A stretch of DNA of 43,512 nt, from contig CAYIAD010000001.1 of the NCBI GenBank assembly GCA_964361295.1, forward strand, positions 1-43,512. Direction: 5' to 3'. Positions 8,448 to 15,800 of this stretch are shown piece by piece. The stretch comes from Candidatus Woesearchaeota archaeon. GTDB lineage: Archaea; Nanobdellota; Nanobdellia; Pacearchaeales; GW2011-AR1. Below the pieces are notes generated by a model. It did no database searches. It worked only from the letters and a program-made list of their open reading frames with translations, and was not told the DNA's origin. The first letter of the stretch is position 1; every line of letters begins with the position of its first letter. Made by a program: the position numbers and the translations under genes.

Positions 8448-8460
8448 ATATATATAGAAT

Positions 8461-10689
8461 ATGAAAAGAGGAAGAATTTTATTAGTTATTTTATCTTTAC
8501 TAATTATAATAAATATGTCTGTTATTTTTGCTGGAACTTGTGTGGATACTCAAAGAATTATAAAATTATCGTCGGCAAGTAATTCTCATGGGGCGTTATA
8601 TAATGATGCGAGTACTAAAACAGAAACAATTACTTATCCCCGAATTGCATATTTTGGAGGAATGTATAGTGATCAATATAATAATCCTGCAACAGGAGCA
8701 AAGAGCTGTCCTTCCGGATTTAGTGCAAGCAGACTTTTAGATTCGGATTATAGTAATGTTTTCTTTTGTTACAAAACAAATAGTGGAGCAAATAATGGTT
8801 ATAATTATGGAGGATTAAGTGCAACAGGAATATGCACGGGTCCTCAACCGCCTTATCAAAATCCTAAATTTGTTAGTTTTACTTCTCCTACTTGTCAACC
8901 ATCAACAACTAGAGAATATTACTTTTGTTATAATAATTTTGATGACGCCATTGCGAGGAATTTTGGTGGAATGTATAGTAATTTATATAATAATCCTATA
9001 ACTGGAGGAAAAAATTGTCCCTCTGGATATAATGGAGCGGTAATAAAAGGGTGTACTGGAGACCCAAATAATAATAGAAATAGTGTATTTGGTTGTTCAA
9101 AAATACATTCAGAAACAATAGAAGTTCCTGCTTACAATTATGATGTCTGCTACACTGATTTTTTTCCAGAGTATATCCCAAATGTAGATTTTCCATCACA
9201 TCCTGTTTGTGATTCAACAAATGCAATCTTATGGTTAAGCGCAAATTCAAATGCTCATGCTTCAACAACACAATCTGCAAGTTATAATACTCCTATTTGT
9301 TTTGGAGATTTAATTTGCACTGCAAAGGCAAGTTGTAACGAATTCATAGAAAAAACAATTTTAAGTTTATCAGCAACTACAAATTCACATATTTCTTTTG
9401 GAGATGATTTAAATTATTTAACTAAACTTTGTTGCACTCAATCTCCAGAGAAAAAGAATTGCAATAATAATGGAATTTGTGATGGAACTGAGACTGAACA
9501 GAGTTGTCCTGTAGATTGTGTTAGTTGTGGTATTGGAGAGGAGTGGTGTCTTAATGGATGTAAAACTAATTCTGGGGATGGAAATACTTGTGGAATTGGA
9601 AATGAAAGATTTTGTGATGGTGGAGCCATAGATGGAACTTGCAGTGTTACAGAAAGTTGCAGATGCGCAGATTGCACAAATAAACAAGACCATTGTTCAA
9701 GCGGTTTAATTTGTGGAACAGATTTTTCTTGCAAATCAGCTTCAGATAGTTATTGGTCAACAACAGGAGATAGTTTGGGTTATATTACTGAAATTAATAT
9801 TAATGATAATGGCGGGAGTGTTTTAATGAATCTTATTAATACTAATTTAAATTTAGAAGAACAAGTTATCTTTAATATTTATAATGAACAAATTGATGAG
9901 AGTCATTTTATGGAGAGCATTTCTTCAATAGCTAAAGACACTACAAAAATTAATGCTACATGGGATATTAATTTAGCAGAAATTTCAGATAAGAGAAATA
10001 GAGATTTTTATTTTACAGTTAAGGGGCAAAATAGCCCTGCATTAAAAATAAATATTTTAGATGAGTGTTTTGGTGGTTCAACTCATTGTGATAGATATAC
10101 TGATGCTGATTCATGCATATTAGACCGTTGTGGAGTTGCAAATGCCAGCATTAAAGATACTAAAAATTTAATTTGCGGAGGAAGTTATTCAGATGCTTTT
10201 GGAATTTACACTTATAACTGCGCTTGCATATGGAACTCTACTGCTCAAACATGCAGACCACAAGAAACAAGAAATGACATAGACCCCATAGACGGAAGTC
10301 CTTATAATACTGAATGGCAGGGAAATTGCTCTTTTATTGAAGATATAGAAACAAGCTGTTCAACTGATGAATTTATGAGTTATTCTTGGAGTGGAATATG
10401 GGATTGGGGAAGTGCATCAGATACACAGGAAACAGAAAACCATTTTTTAGGAAGTTCTGTTGGAGCTCCAGAATCAAATAAATATTATTATGACCCAATA
10501 AGTTCAGATGGAGTAACTCGTGAATCTCAATCCTGCATTCTATCGTCGGGAGATAAAATAGTTCCTTGTCCGTCGCAGTTAAAACTTCCGTTTTTTAATT
10601 TCTGGAATGTAATTGCAAGTTTAGTTTTAATTGCTGGGATTTATTTGATTTGGAAAAATAAAAAGAAAATAAGAAAGATGATTAGATAG
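8461..10689 (+). CDS. Large secreted Cys-rich surface protein with C-terminal membrane anchor
   Basis: It has a signal peptide (LLVILSLLIIINMSVIFA) and a C-terminal TM segment followed by a basic tail (WKNKKKIRK). Internal repeats include FGGMYSxxYNNPxTGxKxCPSG (x2) and LSAxSNxH (x3). No enzyme motif was recognised. Confidence 0.7.
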   Translation: MKRGRILLVILSLLIIINMSVIFAGTCVDTQRIIKLSSASNSHGALYNDASTKTETITYPRIAYFGGMYSDQYNNPATGAKSCPSGFSASRLLDSDYSNVFFCYKTNSGANNGYNYGGLSATGICTGPQPPYQNPKFVSFTSPTCQPSTTREYYFCYNNFDDAIARNFGGMYSNLYNNPITGGKNCPSGYNGAVIKGCTGDPNNNRNSVFGCSKIHSETIEVPAYNYDVCYTDFFPEYIPNVDFPSHPVCDSTNAILWLSANSNAHASTTQSASYNTPICFGDLICTAKASCNEFIEKTILSLSATTNSHISFGDDLNYLTKLCCTQSPEKKNCNNNGICDGTETEQSCPVDCVSCGIGEEWCLNGCKTNSGDGNTCGIGNERFCDGGAIDGTCSVTESCRCADCTNKQDHCSSGLICGTDFSCKSASDSYWSTTGDSLGYITEININDNGGSVLMNLINTNLNLEEQVIFNIYNEQIDESHFMESISSIAKDTTKINATWDINLAEISDKRNRDFYFTVKGQNSPALKINILDECFGGSTHCDRYTDADSCILDRCGVANASIKDTKNLICGGSYSDAFGIYTYNCACIWNSTAQTCRPQETRNDIDPIDGSPYNTEWQGNCSFIEDIETSCSTDEFMSYSWSGIWDWGSASDTQETENHFLGSSVGAPESNKYYYDPISSDGVTRESQSCILSSGDKIVPCPSQLKLPFFNFWNVIASLVLIAGIYLIWKNKKKIRKMIR

Positions 10690-10724
10690 AGAGTTTTATT
10701 AAAAATGGGAGATTAAATCAATTT

Positions 10725-10767
10725 AAAGTTTAACTATTTTTCTAAAAAGAAAGCTCCTTTCGGAGCT
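10725..10767 (-). repeat. Orphan copy of the cassette terminator-promoter repeat unit
   Basis: The core AAAGTTTAACTATTTTTCTAAAAA plus the hairpin AGCTCC-tttc-GGAGCT match the units at 11469-11531 and 12233-12297. No cassette ORF follows it on the minus strand. Confidence 0.7.
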
Positions 10768-10779
10768 ATTAAAATAAAT

Positions 10780-11085
10780 TTATTTTTTAAGTTCTGCAAG
10801 AATTCTTTTAGCAGTTTCAACTATCTTTTTATCAGAATACGCTTCATGTGTATCTTCGTGCATTCCGTATTGATAAAGTGCAGAAAGTCCACCTAGAGCT
10901 AACTCAATCTCTGTTGGAACTGGCTGAGACTTCAAATAGTCATTATACACCTGAAGCCCTCCATATTCTAATTCATAAGCAACAATTTCTCGATAAGCAG
11001 TTTCATCTTCTGGATTTTCAAGAAATCTTTCATAAAGCCCAATTAATTCTTGCTTCATTCTTTGGAAATCTACTGCTTCAGTCAT
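10780..11085 (-). CDS. Cassette 3 small partner protein (101 aa, helical; paralog of 11541-11834)
   Basis: It overlaps the upstream ORF by 4 nt. It shares ..YE.EYGGL.. and ..LS.LYQYG.. blocks and the K(K/R)ILxxLKK C-terminus with the 97-aa protein. Confidence 0.7.
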   Translation of the reverse strand: MTEAVDFQRMKQELIGLYERFLENPEDETAYREIVAYELEYGGLQVYNDYLKSQPVPTEIELALGGLSALYQYGMHEDTHEAYSDKKIVETAKRILAELKK

Positions 11086-11468
11086 TTTTGCTCTCTTTCT
11101 TTAAGCCACTTTAATAATTTTGGAATATCTAATTTATCTGCAGATGAATCTGCCATTGCAGCATCATAACTATTTATCTCTGCTATTTTCTTACCACTAT
11201 AACTTTTAAATAAAGCTTTTCCACCTGGCCGTTCGTGTATATGCAATTGAAATCCCGACGCAGGGAAATCTCTTATTGTCAATGGTCCACTCGGCACAGA
11301 CGGAGTATGTCCGAACATCGGAATATCGTTAAACTTCAAAGGACCACTTCCAACTCTGTAAAGAGCACTTGCACTTAAATATTCTAAATTACCGACTACA
11401 AAATAAGTTTTTGGCTGTTGTTGTCTAGAAATTCCTGTTTGATACATTTCTAAAGTTTGCTCAAGCAT
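11082..11468 (-). CDS. Cassette 3 long ORF (128 aa): conserved N-terminal module plus HIHE-type variable C-terminus
   Basis: The N-terminus MLEQTLEMYQTGISRQQQPKTYFVVGNLEYLSASALY is near-identical to that of the 11837-12232 and 12620-12952 ORFs at both protein and DNA level. Confidence 0.75.
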   Translation of the reverse strand: MLEQTLEMYQTGISRQQQPKTYFVVGNLEYLSASALYRVGSGPLKFNDIPMFGHTPSVPSGPLTIRDFPASGFQLHIHERPGGKALFKSYSGKKIAEINSYDAAMADSSADKLDIPKLLKWLKEREQK

Positions 11469-11531
11469 AGAAACTAAAATAATTCAAAGTTTAACTATTT
11501 TTCTAAAAATAAGACGGCTCTTTTCAGAACC
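11469..11531 (-). repeat. Cassette terminator-promoter repeat unit (copy 2)
   Basis: AGAAACTAAAATAATTCAAAGTTTAACTATTTTTCTAAAAA is identical to 12233-12273 and is followed by an imperfect hairpin GGCTCT-tttc-AGAACC. On the minus strand the order is hairpin, T-run, ATAGTTAAA box, 21 nt, ATG. Confidence 0.7.
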
Positions 11532-11540
11532 ATTAAAAAA

Positions 11541-11834
11541 TTATTTTTTTAATACTAATAAAACTTCCTTAGCTTTGTGAATTAGTTCGGCATTGGAATA
11601 ACCTACTTCTTTTGGACGCAATCCGTATTGATAAATTGTTGAGAGTCTACCTATTGCCTCGGCTAATTCAGGAGAAATATATTTTATATAGTGTTCTGAT
11701 ACAAGACCCCCGTATTTTCTATCATATCTAATTGCTTCTTTTATAGCTTCTTCTCGAGACTTATCGTTTAAGAATTTTAGATAAATCTCGATTAATTCTT
11801 TTAGCATTATTTCTTCATTGACTTCTTCTGCCAT
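11541..11834 (-). CDS. Cassette 2 small partner protein (97 aa, helical; paralog of 10780-11085)
   Basis: It starts 2 nt after the stop of the 131-aa ORF and is paralogous to the 101-aa protein. Confidence 0.7.
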   Translation of the reverse strand: MAEEVNEEIMLKELIEIYLKFLNDKSREEAIKEAIRYDRKYGGLVSEHYIKYISPELAEAIGRLSTIYQYGLRPKEVGYSNAELIHKAKEVLLVLKK

Positions 11835-11836
11835 TT

Positions 11837-12232
11837 TTATATTCTACCGGTTCTTTTGCATTTATCAAGTTTAATATATCTGGGGATGCCGAGTTCATCT
11901 GCATGTAAATCTGCTATTGCAGCATCAATCGAGTCGAGAAGTTCTTTTGTTCCATCGGGATATTTAATATGTCCTGTTCCCCCTGCGCCCTCATGGATAT
12001 GAAGTTCAAAACCTGAGAATGGTCTTATTGTCAATGGTCCACTCGACATAGACTGCGTATGTCCGAACATCGGAATATCACTAAACTCCAAAGGTCCACT
12101 TCCACCTAATGGCTTACTTGAATACAAAGCACTTGCACTTAAATATTCCAAATTTACGACGACAAAATAAGTTTTTGCCTGTCGTTGTCTAGAAATTCCT
12201 GTTTGATACATTTCTAAAGTTTGCTCAAGCAT
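11837..12232 (-). CDS. Cassette 2 long ORF (131 aa): conserved N-terminal module plus HIHE-type variable C-terminus
   Basis: The N-terminus is MLEQTLEMYQTGISRQRQAKTYFVVVNLEYLSASALY. The C-terminal ..GFELHIHEGAGGTGH.. tail is related to cassette 3 but diverged. Confidence 0.75.
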   Translation of the reverse strand: MLEQTLEMYQTGISRQRQAKTYFVVVNLEYLSASALYSSKPLGGSGPLEFSDIPMFGHTQSMSSGPLTIRPFSGFELHIHEGAGGTGHIKYPDGTKELLDSIDAAIADLHADELGIPRYIKLDKCKRTGRI

Positions 12233-12297
12233 AGAAACTAAAATAATTCAAAGTTTAACTATTTTTCTAAAAATAAAAGAAAGCTCCTTTCGGAGCC
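12233..12297 (-). repeat. Cassette terminator-promoter repeat unit (copy 3)
   Basis: It contains the same 41-nt block as copy 2 plus the hairpin GCTCC-tttc-GGAGC. On the minus strand the hairpin is followed by TTTCTTTTATTTTT. Confidence 0.7.
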
Positions 12298-12306
12298 AAA
12301 AATAAA

Positions 12307-12633
12307 TTAAAGAAGGTAACTTTTAATTACATCTACTAAAAAGGTTCTATTTTTAGGATCTGACCGAATAATTAAAATTATTCTATTAGAAGCAATTATC
12401 AAATCTATATCAAACTTTTCGTTGATAAAATTATCCAAATAACTTTTTAATTCCCAGATTTTATCTTCTTGGGATTGGTATTTCTCTTTAATTGCTTCAG
12501 ATATTAATCCAAATCCTAATTTTTCAAGCAAATCCGGAAATATTTTAAAAAAATTTCTGTCTTTTTTAAATATATAAAAAGTTCTTTTCTCATTATTTCC
12601 AGATCCAACTAAATTTATCTTATTGGTCATCAT
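12307..12633 (-). CDS. Cassette 1 small partner protein (108 aa), unrelated to the other two partners
   Basis: It overlaps the upstream 110-aa ORF by 14 nt. I see no similarity to the 97/101-aa proteins and no recognisable motif. Confidence 0.6.
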   Translation of the reverse strand: MMTNKINLVGSGNNEKRTFYIFKKDRNFFKIFPDLLEKLGFGLISEAIKEKYQSQEDKIWELKSYLDNFINEKFDIDLIIASNRIILIIRSDPKNRTFLVDVIKSYLL

Positions 12634-12952
12634 TGAAAATTCTTAGCTTTTTACCCTTTTTAGGGGTAAACGAAAAGTGATCAAAAGAGATATTCCCTTC
12701 CTTATCAATTTTAAAAGTTTCATGAACATCTTTTAATTCTGGAATTCTAAAATTTCCATAAGGAATTATCGCACCAATCCTCATTGGAATAATTCTTGCA
12801 TTTAAAGGTCCGCTTCCACCTAAGGGTCCGCTTGAATACAAAGCACTTGCACTCAAATATTCCAAATTTCCGACTACAAAATAAGTTTTTGGCGGTTGTT
12901 GTCTAGAAATTCCTGTTTGATACATTTCTAAAGTTTGTTCAAGTTGTTGCAT
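12620..12952 (-). CDS. Cassette 1 long ORF (110 aa): conserved N-terminal module plus unrelated C-terminus
   Basis: The N-terminus MQQLEQTLEMYQTGISRQQPPKTYFVVGNLEYLSASALYSSGPLGGSGPL is conserved. The tail NARIIPMRIGAIIPYGNFRIPELKDVHETFKIDKEGN.. differs from cassettes 2 and 3. Confidence 0.7.
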   Translation of the reverse strand: MQQLEQTLEMYQTGISRQQPPKTYFVVGNLEYLSASALYSSGPLGGSGPLNARIIPMRIGAIIPYGNFRIPELKDVHETFKIDKEGNISFDHFSFTPKKGKKLRIFNDDQ

Positions 12953-14117
12953 TTTTTTTACCTCCTTTTAATTGCAGTGGTTTGTCGCACTCTGCTGACG
13001 CTTGTTTAAAGTATTTAAGCAAATCATCTTTTTTAAATAATCTTATTCCAGATTTCAAACTTAAAGCATTTCTTAAATAAGTTCTGGAATAATCTAATCC
13101 ATGAGTATTTTCTTTTGAATTTTCAGGAAAATTTAAAGCAAATCTCATTTGTTTTTGACTTTGTTCTAAGTTATACTCTATTGCTTGTTTTGAAATTTGC
13201 TGATATGAACATCTTTGTTTCGCTTTTTCAAAATATACTTTGTCTCCTAAAATAAATTTCCCGGTCATTATAGGATTAGTAACTGCAAGATCAAACAGAT
13301 TTAATCTTCTTTCAAAATCTTCAATAGAATAGACTCGAACATCTAACCAAGATTGAGTTTCTGGCAAAGTTTCAGAAACAACAAAAATATCAATATCACT
13401 AAACTCTTTTCTTGAACCATATAATAATGCAAATTTTACCCCTCTAAGTTTATCTTTGTAAATATCTTCCAACAATCCCCCAACCCTCTTAGTAGTTGTT
13501 CTTCTCGCCATTCCTTGTACATAAAAAGTTGCTAAATTTCCAAATTGTTCTGAAAAATTAATTACTCCTTCGACAATTTGCCTATTTTCTTTCTTTAAAG
13601 AATTATATTTTCTTTCAAAATCTTCCCTTAAATTATGCTCTCCTGAAAGTAAATATTCTGTCCAAATAGCAAATAATTCATATTGAGATAGATTTCTTTT
13701 TCTAAATTTATCTAATTCTTGGAAAGTTTGATTTTGTTGTCTAAATCTTTGAACATCTTTCAAAGTAAATCTTCCAGAAGAAAACTCTTGTTTTTCTTCT
13801 TCTAATAATCTTTTTTCTAAATCTACTAATTTTCTTCCCAATAAAGATTGCTCACAACAAAGTCCATGCCCAAAATATTCGTGAAATAGACTTAAGGGAT
13901 TTTCTATTTGAACTAAGGCAGTTTGATTCCTAGGAAGATATATTCCCGAAGAATTTGGGTTTAGTCCTATTTGTTCTGCAAATTCATTCCATTTATTTTC
14001 TGGAATTTGTTGTAAAGAAGTTTGTTCTAATTTGTATCCTAATAGTTCTTGATAAAATTCGTTAGAAAAATCTAAAATTGTTTTTATTTTTGGCGCTTGT
14101 GTTTGAACTTGCTCCAT
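12939..14117 (-). CDS. Nucleotidyltransferase-domain protein (minimal Pol-beta/MNT-like core) with N-terminal HExxxH region; lead gene of the cassette locus
   Basis: FALLYGSRKEFSDIDIFVV fits the GS...DxD NTase signature, though the spacer is short. The N-terminal part carries LFHEYFGHGLCCE and the C-terminal part is a helical region. It overlaps the next gene by 14 nt. Confidence 0.5.
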   Translation of the reverse strand: MEQVQTQAPKIKTILDFSNEFYQELLGYKLEQTSLQQIPENKWNEFAEQIGLNPNSSGIYLPRNQTALVQIENPLSLFHEYFGHGLCCEQSLLGRKLVDLEKRLLEEEKQEFSSGRFTLKDVQRFRQQNQTFQELDKFRKRNLSQYELFAIWTEYLLSGEHNLREDFERKYNSLKKENRQIVEGVINFSEQFGNLATFYVQGMARRTTTKRVGGLLEDIYKDKLRGVKFALLYGSRKEFSDIDIFVVSETLPETQSWLDVRVYSIEDFERRLNLFDLAVTNPIMTGKFILGDKVYFEKAKQRCSYQQISKQAIEYNLEQSQKQMRFALNFPENSKENTHGLDYSRTYLRNALSLKSGIRLFKKDDLLKYFKQASAECDKPLQLKGGKKNATT

Positions 14118-14144
14118 TTTTATAATTTCAAGAATTAAACATCT

Positions 14145-14162
14145 TGAGGTGTTATCACCTCA
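14145..14162. promoter_or_regulatory. Perfect 7-bp/4-nt-loop palindrome TGAGGTG-ttat-CACCTCA upstream of the cassette-locus lead gene
   Basis: The palindrome was read directly. It lies 28-45 nt upstream of the ATG at 14117 and downstream of a TATA-like CTATTTAAA (plus 14184-14192). It is relatively GC-rich for this DNA. Confidence 0.4.
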
Positions 14163-14315
14163 GAGTATTAAGATGACACTTGTTTAAATAGTTTTTGTTT
14201 TTATGGCTCTGTTTTTATAGCGTGTTATTTTTTAGAACTCCGGACAACTCCAAAAATAAGAAAGATTAATTATTTATTTGCAATCAAAACTAAGTAAATA
14301 TAGATTAGCGTAGAG

Positions 14316-14328
14316 AAAAGATTAAATA
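14316..14328 (+). promoter_or_regulatory. BRE/TATA-like box AAAAGATTAAATA
   Basis: It ends 21 nt before the ATG at 14350. The same GAAAAGATTAAATA occurs at 21783-21796 and 26732-26745. Confidence 0.5.
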
Positions 14329-14345
14329 TCTAGAATTATTCTAGA
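14329..14345. promoter_or_regulatory. Perfect 8+1+8 palindrome TCTAGAAT-T-ATTCTAGA between TATA box and start codon
   Basis: The palindrome was read directly. It fills the TATA-to-ATG interval of the 14350 gene, which is an operator-like position. Confidence 0.4.
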
Positions 14346-14349
14346 AAAA

Positions 14350-14793
14350 ATGAAAAATAAAATTATAGTCTTTGTTTATGATAAGAAAAAAGACAAGTTT
14401 TTATTAATAAACAACACTAAACATCCAAATCACTCACTTAATGGAGGGTTGTTTACTATTAATCTTTCAATAAACCATAATGAATACGCAAAGAGCATAG
14501 CAGTAGAGCAGATTAAAAAAGAAATTGGGTTAATTCCAGAAGAAGTATTTTCTCTGAATTGGGGGGCAGTTTATAGTTTAAATGATGAAGAGTTTAAGGA
14601 AATGAATTTTCTCGCTTTTGTAAATCCTGATAAAAACAATCTTGATAAACATTCGTCTAAACACAAATGGTATAGCATAAATCCATTTATAGAAAAAATT
14701 GAATGGAAAGATGACAAAGAGCTATTAAAGAAAATTTTGATAAAAGGAATAAACAAAGAAGTTTTTTTTGATAAAAAAGAAAGAGGAAATTAG
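14350..14793 (+). CDS. Hypothetical protein, possibly Nudix-fold with a degenerate Nudix box
   Basis: GGLFTINLS..EYAKSIAVEQIKKEIGL resembles Gx5Ex7REUxEExGU, but the catalytic glutamates are not conserved. Confidence 0.3.
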   Translation: MKNKIIVFVYDKKKDKFLLINNTKHPNHSLNGGLFTINLSINHNEYAKSIAVEQIKKEIGLIPEEVFSLNWGAVYSLNDEEFKEMNFLAFVNPDKNNLDKHSSKHKWYSINPFIEKIEWKDDKELLKKILIKGINKEVFFDKKERGN

Positions 14794-15779
14794 AGAATAA
14801 TATCTCGGTTATTAGAGTAAATTTCTTCTACTTTTGTTTCTTCCGGTTTACTTTGATTATCCATTAAAGTTAAATTAACTTTATGCTTTACATTTCCTAC
14901 AAGAATATTGCCAATTTCATACTTTTTAACTTCATTTAATAAAGAAGATAATTTCCATTCCGGAGGTATCTTAAAATCTTCATTTAACATGGCGTAGGTT
15001 TCAATTGTAGAACCTTTATATCTCTTATATGGTCTATCATAGAATCCAAACATTTCAGTTATTAAATCTCCACCGAGATAAATTTTCTTGCTTACATTTG
15101 CTAATTTATTCCGGGTGTATTTTATTACCTTTTCTTTTATCTCTTTTTGATTTTTATATATTTCTTTCTTGGGAAGTAAATAGTTTATATGTTCTGAGTC
15201 ATTTATTGACTCAATCTTCCACTTGTTCTGTGAAAATTCTAATATGTTAATACACGTGTTATCTTGTTTAATCTTTACAAAATCACTTTTTTCTCTTCCC
15301 TGAGAGAGATTAATGAATACCGAATTTACGCCTGAATGAGCTATTACTCCTATTACCCCTTCTTCTTTCTGAATGTCTTGTAAAAACGACTTTACTCTTT
15401 TGATTAAATCCCAAATGTTCTCTCCACCAAAAGGTCTTATTTCATATTTTGTAATTCCAGATTTGAGAATTTCATTATACTTTTCATTCCACTTTTCAGA
15501 GGAGGGGTCAACATTGCCAGGTTCGTATTCTCTCAATCTTTCATCTGAAAATATTTTAACGCTTGAGACATTACTTATTTCGTCCGCAGTTTGTATTGCT
15601 CTCTTTAGATTGCTATAAAATAATTTATTAAAATGAATCGCTTTTAATCTTTCTGCTAATTTTTTGGATTGAATCACTCCCTGCTTGTTTAGGGACGTTT
15701 GATTATTCTGTCCCCATTCCAAGCTATCTCTATTAAAATCTGTCTCTCCATGTCTTATAAGATATATTTTTAGACTCAT
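14790..15779 (-). CDS. Histidine phosphatase (PGAM superfamily) fused to an uncharacterised ~120-aa C-terminal domain
   Basis: PGAM motifs are YLIRHGETDFN, YSNLKRAIQTADEI, GGENIWD and VIAHSG. It is a paralog of 16795-17757 along its full length. Confidence 0.75.
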   Translation of the reverse strand: MSLKIYLIRHGETDFNRDSLEWGQNNQTSLNKQGVIQSKKLAERLKAIHFNKLFYSNLKRAIQTADEISNVSSVKIFSDERLREYEPGNVDPSSEKWNEKYNEILKSGITKYEIRPFGGENIWDLIKRVKSFLQDIQKEEGVIGVIAHSGVNSVFINLSQGREKSDFVKIKQDNTCINILEFSQNKWKIESINDSEHINYLLPKKEIYKNQKEIKEKVIKYTRNKLANVSKKIYLGGDLITEMFGFYDRPYKRYKGSTIETYAMLNEDFKIPPEWKLSSLLNEVKKYEIGNILVGNVKHKVNLTLMDNQSKPEETKVEEIYSNNRDIIL

Positions 15780-15800
15780 TTAATTACTCCAAAAAATATT

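Noticed and set aside
8819-9734. Several 60-98 aa ORFs (8819-9001 +, 8996-9280 -, 9418-9693 -, 9438-9734 -) inside the 742-aa surface-protein gene
   Set aside because: They are alternative-frame or antisense shadows of a long, signal-peptide-bearing CDS and have no independent signals.
10848-11114. 88-aa plus-strand ORF overlapping cassette 3
   Set aside because: It is antisense to two paralog-supported minus-strand genes, and no promoter box sits at the expected spacing.
10725-12297. Three copies of a ~40-65 nt repeat with a palindromic core, considered as a possible CRISPR array or integron attC sites
   Set aside because: The repeats are about 750 bp apart and the intervals are full-length gene pairs, not 30-40 nt spacers. 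No cas or integrase gene is present. The unit reads well as terminator plus promoter.
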